This document shows, one piece after another, positions 7,015 through 15,011 of a stretch of DNA of 64,000 bases. This DNA comes from a virus. Position numbers and translations under genes: made by a program. Position 1 is the first letter of the stretch; each line of letters begins with the position of its first letter. The DNA is taken from the IMG/VR virus record IMGVR_UViG_3300030107_007800, positions 1 through 64,000 of that record. One strand, 5' to 3'. A model generated the notes under the pieces. That model saw nothing but the letters and a program-made list of their open reading frames with translations. It was not told the origin of the DNA and made no database searches.

Positions 7015-9685
7015 AGGTGGTGTTGCTGGTCACCTAGCGCACCTTTATGATAACCGGAGCTTAACATTTGAGAAGCTAGCAGAAATTTTAACTGCTGCAA
7101 GTAGAGGCAAACTCGTCGGAACTGAAAAGACTGACGGGTTTAATATTTATTTGGGCTTTAAAAACGGTGAAGCCAAAGCTGCTAGAAATAAAGGTGATAT
7201 GCAAAAGGGCGGCATGAATGCTGTTGACCTTGCTATGCGTGAATTTGCAGGCGGTCCAGAAATTAAAAAAGTCTACGTCGATGCATTCAATGCTTTTGAG
7301 GCTGCTGTTGCTTCCCTATCTGACGAAGAAAAAATAGCCATATTTGGTCCCGAAGGGGAAATATTCTACAATTCAGAAATTATGGGACCGGGCGCATCAA
7401 ATGTTGTTAATTACGACTCCAACATTATCACCATCCACTCCGCAGGTCACAAAAAATATGATGAAAAAATAGATAAAGTGGTCAATGCCGATACCTCTGA
7501 GGCTTCAAAAAAATTAGACAAAGTTGTAGATAAATTTGAACAAGCCACTCAAGGTAAGAACTTCAACGTACAGAGAACTGCTTTTGTTAATTTGCAAAAA
7601 CTTGAAGGAAGTTATGACTTAAAAATAGCCCTAGAAAAAATAAAAAAAGCAGGATTTCAGGGTGGTATGACTATTGAACAATACTTAGACGAAAAACTTC
7701 TTGAAGATATTCAAGAAAAATTTCCTTCATTACAAAAAGAAATTAAAAAAAATATATCTGATCGTATTCTGAAAAAAGAAGGTGCACCAACTTTAACTCA
7801 AATTTATAGGGGTCTTGGTGGCGACTCTAAAACAAAAGAGCAAGTAAGAAATTACGTTCAAACTTCCAACAAACTCATATCAAATTTAATTTGGCCCATA
7901 GAAGATGCGATTCATGACTTTGCTGTTGCGATGCTTGAAAATATGGAAAGTGCTTATATTCTTGATAATACCAAAGAACTCACTCGCCTTAAAAATGAAG
8001 TACAAACAGCGATAAAATCGATTCAGGCATACCAAGGTCCGGGTCAAGAGATGGCACACGAAATTTTAGCTAAACAGTTGCGAAAAATAAAGCATTTAGA
8101 CAATATTACATCTGTTGCAGAAGGGTTTGTTTTTGAGTACGATGGTCAGCTTTATAAATTTACTGGTAATTTTGCACCAATCAATCAAATTCTTGGCTTA
8201 TTCAGATTCGGAAGAAAGGGTGTCAAGATACCTAGAGTTGATGAAGCTAGGGGTGTCTCCGAAACAGTTGCTATTGTTCCCGGAGCTTTCAAGCCTCCAC
8301 ATAGGGGGCACTTAGATATGGTTAAGCATTACGCAGACAATGCTGATCGTGTTATTGTTATGGTTTCACCCAAAGCAAGGCAAACTCCTTCAGGACAAGA
8401 CGTGGGTCAGGAGCAATCTATTTCTATTTGGGAACTTTATTTAAATAAATCAGGACTTACAAACGTAGAAGTTATTCCTTCCCCACATCCTTCGCCAGTT
8501 AGATCTGCTTACGAATACGTAGAAAAAACAGCGGAGCCCGGAGAAATGGTTGTGCTTGGCACTAGCACAAAAGGTGGAGATCAAAGCAGGTTTGCTAAAA
8601 ATGTTCAGCAATATGCCAAAGAAGGTGTCAGGGTTTTAGATCCTATGAAATATGCGTTTAATCCGATTGGCGAAGAACTAAGCGCAACAGATTTTAGGGC
8701 AGCATTGGAGAGCGGAGAATTGGCAGCCGCCAAGTTTTTACCGAACGGGGTGAGCCCGGAGGATGTGTTAGAGATACTAGGCGTAAAGAGTGAGACTGAA
8801 GAAGTTGTTGAGCACATCACTCTCCCTATTTTCTTTCGGCTAATCGAAGAGGTTATGGACGAAAAAATGCTTACCACAAAAGCAGTCCAAAATGCCTATA
8901 AAAAACAATGGCGCAATACTATTAAAATGGTAAATAAAGGTGCCAATAAAGATACTGGGGGTGGCAAAGGTCATACTAAAGGTGATCCTAAATTAAAAAG
9001 CGCTCCTGCGGGTGGGGGTGCGATGCAGGAGGGTATCTATGGGGAAGTTTGGTACTATGCTTGCAATGAAGAGATTAGCGGAGACCTACAGCCAGTGTAT
9101 CTAACTCTCAATAAACACTTAGCAGAATCTATGGGCAAGTATGTTTATGCTTTTCAAATAAACTCTGATTCTGTCTGGCATATGGCAAGTTCTGAAAATA
9201 ACAGATTTTCTTTCGATATCGACACTATTGGACATTCAGATATAAACTTGTCTGAAGCTTCAGAAGCTTTTGATGTATTATGGGACCCTGTTCAGTTTAA
9301 AGAAGGTTTTGAAACAATATATGTTGTCAATCCCAGTGTTCTAGAAATCTCCTCTATGGCTGGAGGTTCTGTTCAGGGATATTCTTTGCCGCTTGGCGCT
9401 AAACCAAAAAAGAGAAAGAACAAAAAAGTATATATGGAACCTCACATGCATCAAGATGAGGCAAAAATTGAAGAAATTTCCACAATGAGTGGTGCAGAGC
9501 CTGCAATTGATGCTGCATTCGGACCAGATTATCCAACATATAAGGTTGATCAAAAAAAAGATAAAAATCAATATCCATACGCTGGTGTTAAAATAAACAT
9601 TAAAAAGAAAAAATATCAACACGACAAAGAAGATATTAAGTTTCCTAGATTGAGAAAAGATGCTCATAAATACAGTGAAGAGTAA
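6995..9685 (+). CDS. multidomain protein: ligase-like nucleotidyltransferase + HxGH (cytidylyl/NMN adenylyl)transferase + degenerate ART-like domain
   Basis: TEKTDG (motif I), AEGFVF (IV), YK (V); PGAFKPPHRGH...LSATDFR; WYYA...VYLT....AE.MG.YVY...ETIYVVNP. Confidence 0.65.
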   Translation: MVKLIAEGGVAGHLAHLYDNRSLTFEKLAEILTAASRGKLVGTEKTDGFNIYLGFKNGEAKAARNKGDMQKGGMNAVDLAMREFAGGPEIKKVYVDAFNAFEAAVASLSDEEKIAIFGPEGEIFYNSEIMGPGASNVVNYDSNIITIHSAGHKKYDEKIDKVVNADTSEASKKLDKVVDKFEQATQGKNFNVQRTAFVNLQKLEGSYDLKIALEKIKKAGFQGGMTIEQYLDEKLLEDIQEKFPSLQKEIKKNISDRILKKEGAPTLTQIYRGLGGDSKTKEQVRNYVQTSNKLISNLIWPIEDAIHDFAVAMLENMESAYILDNTKELTRLKNEVQTAIKSIQAYQGPGQEMAHEILAKQLRKIKHLDNITSVAEGFVFEYDGQLYKFTGNFAPINQILGLFRFGRKGVKIPRVDEARGVSETVAIVPGAFKPPHRGHLDMVKHYADNADRVIVMVSPKARQTPSGQDVGQEQSISIWELYLNKSGLTNVEVIPSPHPSPVRSAYEYVEKTAEPGEMVVLGTSTKGGDQSRFAKNVQQYAKEGVRVLDPMKYAFNPIGEELSATDFRAALESGELAAAKFLPNGVSPEDVLEILGVKSETEEVVEHITLPIFFRLIEEVMDEKMLTTKAVQNAYKKQWRNTIKMVNKGANKDTGGGKGHTKGDPKLKSAPAGGGAMQEGIYGEVWYYACNEEISGDLQPVYLTLNKHLAESMGKYVYAFQINSDSVWHMASSENNRFSFDIDTIGHSDINLSEASEAFDVLWDPVQFKEGFETIYVVNPSVLEISSMAGGSVQGYSLPLGAKPKKRKNKKVYMEPHMHQDEAKIEEISTMSGAEPAIDAAFGPDYPTYKVDQKKDKNQYPYAGVKINIKKKKYQHDKEDIKFPRLRKDAHKYSEE

Positions 9686-9730
9686 AAGCAAATAATTAAT
9701 ACTATTTAGAGTATTAAGGAGAGATTTATA

Positions 9731-10477
9731 ATGTATATCGACAGACAAGAAATCGTTGAAGAACTAAGACTTCGTAAACTAATCAGAAAGGCGATACAAA
9801 TTGCAGAAATCAAAAGAGAAAAAGACCACACCAGCTCACTTGGGGACGAAGATCGCCTAAGAAGCGTTATTAAAACTATTTTAAGAGAGGATGAGGTTGG
9901 AGATACTAACAGTGCTCCATATGATAATACAGGATTAAACACTCTTAATACTCTCTTTGATAATATACTTACTACAATTGAGACTGGATATAAAGAATTA
10001 ACAACTTCAAAAGAACAACGAGATTCTTATGCTTCTCACATACTTAAGGCTGTAGAGAATGTGCTAGCCCCGCTTCGTGCGCTGGACAATGCAGATAGCA
10101 ATCTGTCAGAGGAAATAGATATTGATATTAGTAAAGACCGCCCAGAAGATATGAGAGATGTTAGGAAAGATGCTAAGGAGCAAGAAATAGAAGATTTTAG
10201 TATTGAAGGCGAAGATTTAAGTGGCAGAGACAAGGCTTATGAATATTTCAATAAAGTAGAAACTCAAATAGTTGATGCGTATAAAACATTGCATAGTCCC
10301 GAAGACATAACATCTTTCTACGATGGATTACTTATGAATTTAGATTTGTATTTTCAAAAGTTTGAAGACGAAATGCAACCCAATGTCCAACCTCCGGAAA
10401 CCGGGGTTGATGACATGTCATCTCCAGATCTAGATGATAGTGGCGAGATGGACCTAGAAGATATTGCTAGCTTATAA
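9731..10477 (+). CDS. acidic hypothetical protein (prohead core/internal protein-like)
   Basis: ACTATTTA motif + AAGGAG SD; LRKLIRKAI and LRSVIKTILRE helices; very acidic. Confidence 0.7.
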   Translation: MYIDRQEIVEELRLRKLIRKAIQIAEIKREKDHTSSLGDEDRLRSVIKTILREDEVGDTNSAPYDNTGLNTLNTLFDNILTTIETGYKELTTSKEQRDSYASHILKAVENVLAPLRALDNADSNLSEEIDIDISKDRPEDMRDVRKDAKEQEIEDFSIEGEDLSGRDKAYEYFNKVETQIVDAYKTLHSPEDITSFYDGLLMNLDLYFQKFEDEMQPNVQPPETGVDDMSSPDLDDSGEMDLEDIASL

Positions 10478-10503
10478 TTATTTTTATTTTTATTTATGGT
10501 AAT

Positions 10504-10536
10504 AAAAAAAGCAGCCTCAGTTGAGGCTGCTTTTTT
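10504..10536. terminator. bidirectional intrinsic terminator
   Basis: A7-GCAGCCTCA-GT-TGAGGCTGC-T6 between convergent genes. Confidence 0.9.
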
Positions 10537-10567
10537 GTTTGTATAAACAAACTTAAGATATCAAATC

Positions 10568-11074
10568 TTACGAGATACGATAAAGGTGGACAGCGGATGC
10601 CCCTCTTCTTTGAATTCTAAATCCAGCGGAAGCAGATCCTGAAAGTTGTGCGCCGTGTGTCTGATGAGAGTCACCAGCATTTGCTTGAACTACCATACTA
10701 CCAACAAGTGTGACACCAGAGCCAGCACTAAGTGTTAACTTAAAGTTTGGGTTGGTTGTTTCTGTGTTAATAATATAGAAATCTGCCGAATCGTTATCGG
10801 CAGTAAGACCTAAGCCAGATACAATATTTGCTGCTGTATCGGTTGCTTTAGTTCTAGGTGCGCTTCCATCAAATGTTAGTACTCTAGCGGACATCTGAGC
10901 AGCTGTTAATACCGCATTGTCATCTACCAACGCTCCAGCGTTAGCCTGTGGTGGAACCACTCCGCCCCTAGCGTAAAGACCTCCTGTCATTGTATTAGTG
11001 CCAGAGGTTGTCAAGCTGCTATTCATAGTCACCGCAGCAACAAATGTTACTGGTCCGTTAAATTGTTTTGCCAT
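10568..11074 (-). CDS. small Ala/Thr/Gly-rich beta protein, putative capsid decoration/structural protein
   Basis: Strong AGGAG SD, own motif-type promoter (11142-11151), 5' hairpin and terminator; structural-type composition. Confidence 0.6.
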   Translation of the reverse strand: MAKQFNGPVTFVAAVTMNSSLTTSGTNTMTGGLYARGGVVPPQANAGALVDDNAVLTAAQMSARVLTFDGSAPRTKATDTAANIVSGLGLTADNDSADFYIINTETTNPNFKLTLSAGSGVTLVGSMVVQANAGDSHQTHGAQLSGSASAGFRIQRRGASAVHLYRIS

Positions 11075-11118
11075 TTTATTATTTCTCCTATAGGTTAAAA
11101 TTTCATATTAATATGCAT

Positions 11119-11151
11119 TGATGAGACATAGCTCATCATAGTAATTAGTTT
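11119..11151 (-). promoter_or_regulatory. late-type motif AAACTAATTA followed by a 5'-UTR hairpin
   Basis: TGATGAG-CTATGT-CTCATCA stem (minus strand) starts 3 nt after the motif. Confidence 0.45.
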
Positions 11152-11197
11152 CTTACAATGCAAAACGAAGGATACTTGTCTGAAGTTTAAGTTAATA

Positions 11198-11452
11198 TTA
11201 AGGAATTTTTTGATACACAATGCCTACCTTGTATCTCTGCCCGTATTTTTCTTGAATTTTATTTTCTAAATCAAATAAGTGTCTAAATTGAAGTTCTTCT
11301 CTTCCTTCCAATTGTAGATCTCTTATATAAAACGTTTGAACCTCTGGTTCATAATTATCGAAAGCCAAATCAACTTTCCAAAATTTAGAGCAATATTTGG
11401 CATGCTCTTCTGTCCATTCTTTTACTAAATCAGTGTCTTCTTGGCGAATCAT
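11198..11452 (-). CDS. hypothetical protein (84 aa)
   Basis: Start moved to MIRQED... downstream of the tRNA-Asn that the longer ORF overlaps. Confidence 0.6.
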   Translation of the reverse strand: MIRQEDTDLVKEWTEEHAKYCSKFWKVDLAFDNYEPEVQTFYIRDLQLEGREELQFRHLFDLENKIQEKYGQRYKVGIVYQKIP

Positions 11453-11469
11453 ATATAGCCTTTGTTGTG

Positions 11470-11544
11470 TGGCTGCGGAGGTAGGACTCGAACCTACAAC
11501 CTCTCGGTTAACAGCCGAATGCACTACCATTGTGCTACTCCGCA
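11470..11544 (-). tRNA. tRNA-Asn(GUU)
   Basis: TGCGGAG...TTCGG-CTGTTAA-CCGAG...GTTCGAGTC...CTCCGCA-G-CCA cloverleaf. Confidence 0.95.
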
Positions 11545-11823
11545 TTAACTCCTTTCTTTTAATTTTACAAGAGTTTTTAGTGTTTTGTTAAGATCTATTA
11601 TTTGAACGTCGTCGCAGCGATAATATTCGGGGATAAAATAATCTTCATTTTCATTTCTCATTTTGGCTTTCCATTTTTGAGATGATGTATATTTTTCATC
11701 ATCAACCCAATCAACTTTAGCCCAAGACCAACCATCACCTTTAAAGTTTTCTTTTACTTTTTTTACTTTTCCGTATCTATGTAATCCACCATAGTTTTGA
11801 AAAACTATATCATTTACTTTCAT
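11545..11823 (-). CDS. hypothetical protein (SH3/KOW-like beta protein)
   Basis: ORF coupled to the upstream gene; KV.D.V...G.V..V pattern. Confidence 0.6.
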   Translation of the reverse strand: MKVNDIVFQNYGGLHRYGKVKKVKENFKGDGWSWAKVDWVDDEKYTSSQKWKAKMRNENEDYFIPEYYRCDDVQIIDLNKTLKTLVKLKERS

Positions 11824-12953
11824 TCTTTCTCCACTTTATTAGCCGTAACTGGTTCAAAAAGAACCACAAGATCCATAGCGGGAGTGGAATAATAAGCACC
11901 AATATAATTTTTATGTATTTCTTTAAAAAGTTCAGTCCATTCGATATCGTTTCTAAAGCCATAAGTTGGGTGCCTAATGGATTTCATAATCCCTTCAGGA
12001 TCGCTTTTTATACTATACAGCTTACTTGCAGGAATGTCAAGAGAAAAAAGATGTTTTCCCTGTTTAACTTGGCTCTCCGCTTGATCGAGGTTTACATAAA
12101 AGAAGGAGCGAGGATATGATGACCTTTCTTTTTCTCTTCTAGAATATCTTTGTTTTCCGAACTGCGACGGATCAACTTCTATTTCCTCGGCTTTAACTGG
12201 AGCATAATGATAAAGAGTGACTTTTCCATCGCTATCATATGCGGATAAATCTGCTTCATTTAAATTATAAACCATATGCATTTCGTTGATTTCTCTATCA
12301 ACCCTTTGCGCCATCAATTTCGCCGCTTGCCTTTGTTTTCCGGGCAGATCTTCATATGTTTTTGTTTCCTCATCTTCCTTCATAACAAAGGGTCGTTTGC
12401 CAATGCGAGACATAAACTCACCAGTTTCCCCTCCAGCAAACTTACCAACGGTCTCCTTCTGATCTAATCCGGGGTAGGTCTTATTGGTCCCATAAAGGTA
12501 ACCTTCTTCTCCTTTTGGAACAAGAATAACCGAGTCTTGACAATATCTTTTGCCGAGGTTGATTATCTCCTCAAAGAAATGCGGGTCATCTTTAAGATTA
12601 GTTACAAAGAAGCTGGCTTCTTTTACTTCTCTTGGTACTTTTTCTGGATTAATAGATCCAAAGTTCTCAATATAAGAACCTTGAATGTTCTTAACGCCAT
12701 AGCCCTGACTAAGAAGAAAGGCTGAGAGTTCTTTATTATTTCTCTTGTTACTCTCACCTCTTTTACCCATCTTATCCCTTTCAGATAGCTCTTCATCAGA
12801 TGGGGGCAGATAAACGCATACAGATTTGTCATTTATATCGCCACGAAATGCTGTAATAAAGGCTGTATCATGATCAAGCATATCTTGCCTAATTCTCGCT
12901 AAACCAGCCTCATTTATAAGAAATTCTTTCCAATTTTTGTGTGGATTGTTCAT
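11820..12953 (-). CDS. T3 SAMase-like SAM lyase domain fused to a C-terminal ART-like domain, with a capsid-targeting-like N-terminus
   Basis: ITAFR...N..NNKEL...GSYIE...KEAS...CQDSVIL parallels T3 SAMase VSAFR/GCYRE/EE/EQDCVL; second domain TLYHY...SFFY...AE; N-terminal WKEFLINE. Confidence 0.6.
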   Translation of the reverse strand: MNNPHKNWKEFLINEAGLARIRQDMLDHDTAFITAFRGDINDKSVCVYLPPSDEELSERDKMGKRGESNKRNNKELSAFLLSQGYGVKNIQGSYIENFGSINPEKVPREVKEASFFVTNLKDDPHFFEEIINLGKRYCQDSVILVPKGEEGYLYGTNKTYPGLDQKETVGKFAGGETGEFMSRIGKRPFVMKEDEETKTYEDLPGKQRQAAKLMAQRVDREINEMHMVYNLNEADLSAYDSDGKVTLYHYAPVKAEEIEVDPSQFGKQRYSRREKERSSYPRSFFYVNLDQAESQVKQGKHLFSLDIPASKLYSIKSDPEGIMKSIRHPTYGFRNDIEWTELFKEIHKNYIGAYYSTPAMDLVVLFEPVTANKVEKE

Positions 12954-12984
12954 AATGGTAAATAGTTTATAATATTTAAAAAGA

Positions 12985-13309
12985 TGGTGGAGGTGGGGGG
13001 AATCGAACCCCCGTCCTAAATAACTCTGCTAATGAGTCGTTCACAAGGTTAGTCTGTAAAATACTAGAAAATAACACAGACAATTTATTTTCTATAAGCC
13101 TGCTTTCGCACCACTCATTTTTAGGAAATGAGAAACCATATGCCATTTTGGTTTAGAAGGTATGGCTACCCCCGATTACGCAGCTAGTGCGTATTCAGAG
13201 TAAGTGTCAGTATTAGCACTTATAAGTTTCAGCGTTTTTACAGAGACCGTCGCTGCCCTCTGCCTTGCACACATTAGTTTCACTACTCAGTCGAAACCTG
13301 TACACCCCC
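12985..13309 (-). ncRNA. ssrA: tmRNA (one-piece); tag peptide (A)ANTDTYSEYALAA
   Basis: 5' GGGGGTGTACAGGTTTCGAC and 3' GACGGGGGTTCGATTCCCCCCACCTCCACCA form the tRNA-like domain with a G3:U pair; tag ORF 13217-13176 ends in YALAA*. Confidence 0.95.
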
Positions 13310-13324
13310 ATATTTCAAAGAACT

Positions 13325-13360
13325 TTGCCCCCTCGCCATCCTAAGCAAACGAGGGGGCAA
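13325..13360. other. GC-rich hairpin upstream of tmRNA
   Basis: TTGCCCCCTCG-14 nt-CGAGGGGGCAA, perfect 11-bp stem. Confidence 0.6.
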
Positions 13361-13576
13361 GTATTTATATTTAATAAAAGTTAAAAAATGAACGGTTCTC
13401 TCACATTGCCGTCGTGCTATCCCTTCGTTAATATTTTACGCCTTCGTAAAGGGTATTGAAGACGATCTATAATTTATTGTTACTTTATTAACTTAACTTC
13501 CTCTAGCATATCACTTATAACAAAACATTTTTTTAACTAGTGATATGTCATAACTATACAGAATACTGAGAATATG

Positions 13577-13909
13577 TCAATCGTTTTTTTTAAAAAACTC
13601 TCTTATTGTATATTTTTTTAACAATTGCTTGTATTGGTATACTGTTATTCCAAGCATCGATGCTGCATCTTTATTTGTTTTACAAGTAGAGTGAGCAAAT
13701 AAAAGCAAAGCTTCCCTTACTATGTGATGAAAAGATTTTAACATGGGGTATCCAAACAATTTTTTGTTTGTCCATTTCAAAGATAACTCAAGTTTTAAAG
13801 ATATTAATTCTTCGAATGTTAGTGAATTTATCATTTTTTCAAATTCTTCGCAAGATTTACCTTTAGATCTTAGAGCAATAGAGATGCTTTTGTATTTTTT
13901 ATTTGACAT
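13577..13909 (-). CDS. Fis-like HTH DNA-binding protein
   Basis: C-terminal ALL..A......NK.AA.MLGI.....LLKKY helix-turn-helix. Confidence 0.7.
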   Translation of the reverse strand: MSNKKYKSISIALRSKGKSCEEFEKMINSLTFEELISLKLELSLKWTNKKLFGYPMLKSFHHIVREALLLFAHSTCKTNKDAASMLGITVYQYKQLLKKYTIREFFKKND

Positions 13910-13961
13910 AGCTTAAAATATATGCTACCCTCTTAAAACAAACTACAACTAGTTATTTTAT

Positions 13962-14444
13962 ATGCTTAATTCAAACACTATTTGGAATACAGGTTCTAAA
14001 ACAAAAGTAGATTATAATACTATTATACTACAAATTAAAGAACATAGCAAACAAAATGGTACTGTTTATATTGGTACTGATTCATTTTTTACTAAAAATA
14101 AATGTATATTTTCTACTGCTATTTGCCTATATGGAGCAGATAAACAAAAAGGTGGTAGATATTTTTATACTAAAAGTAGTTTAAATAAAAAACAATTTCC
14201 CGAACTTAGTATTCGAATGATTAAAGAAGCTGAGAATACTATTAATCTTGCAAATCATATTGTAGAATTAATTCCAACTGCTAAACTAGAATTACACTTA
14301 GATATTAGCCCACAAGAAAATAACGAAGGCACTAGTCATTTAGCTAATATGCTCGTAGGGTATGTAAAAGGTTCTGGTTATGAATGTAGAATAAAACCAT
14401 ATGCTTTCGCCGCAGCTTCTATAGCTGATAAACATTCTAAATAA
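13962..14444 (+). CDS. RNase H-like YkuK/DUF458 family protein
   Basis: VYIGTDS, LELHLDI, IKP.AFAA..IAD motifs. Confidence 0.8.
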   Translation: MLNSNTIWNTGSKTKVDYNTIILQIKEHSKQNGTVYIGTDSFFTKNKCIFSTAICLYGADKQKGGRYFYTKSSLNKKQFPELSIRMIKEAENTINLANHIVELIPTAKLELHLDISPQENNEGTSHLANMLVGYVKGSGYECRIKPYAFAAASIADKHSK

Positions 14445-14455
14445 AGGAAAATGTT

Positions 14456-14971
14456 ATGATTACAACATCTGTTTTAATATGTATGACTGTTTTTTCTATT
14501 GATATGAGAAATGCCGATGTCATATGTGATAATGCCCATATTATTGAAGAAATGTCAAAAACATATGATCTAGACCCATCTCTTATCATTGCTGTGGGTA
14601 GAATTGAAAGTGCTTGGACCCCAACAGCCAAAAGTCCTGCAAATGCTTGTGGGATCATGCAAGTTCTTCCAAAATACTCTAAGAAATTTGCTAACAAAGG
14701 AAGAAATTTAACTTGTAAAGAACTCAAAGATCCAGAAACTGGAATTAGAGTTGGATCTAAAATATTAAGCTATTGGCTTCATAAATATGCTAAGGGAAAC
14801 GAAACAACAGCTTTGTGCGGATATAACGCAGGATTTAGATGCAAAGGCGAGAATAAGAATAAGCAAGGTTTAAAATACGCCAAAGCTGTGTTAAAATACA
14901 GAAAATATTTTAAAAGAAAAATGAGAATACAAAAGCGAAAATACAAAAATGAAATGTTTGCTAATCACTAA
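14456..14971 (+). CDS. lytic transglycosylase (SLT domain)
   Basis: IES catalytic Glu, A.GIMQV, AL.GYNAG motifs. Confidence 0.85.
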   Translation: MITTSVLICMTVFSIDMRNADVICDNAHIIEEMSKTYDLDPSLIIAVGRIESAWTPTAKSPANACGIMQVLPKYSKKFANKGRNLTCKELKDPETGIRVGSKILSYWLHKYAKGNETTALCGYNAGFRCKGENKNKQGLKYAKAVLKYRKYFKRKMRIQKRKYKNEMFANH

Positions 14972-15011
14972 CTACTTATTATCGCTTATAAAAATTTAGG
15001 AGATTATTGAT

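Noticed and set aside
11453-11545. N-terminal extension of ORF 11198..11545 and ORF 11397..11591
   Set aside because: Both overlap tRNA-Asn and are translations of the tRNA sequence
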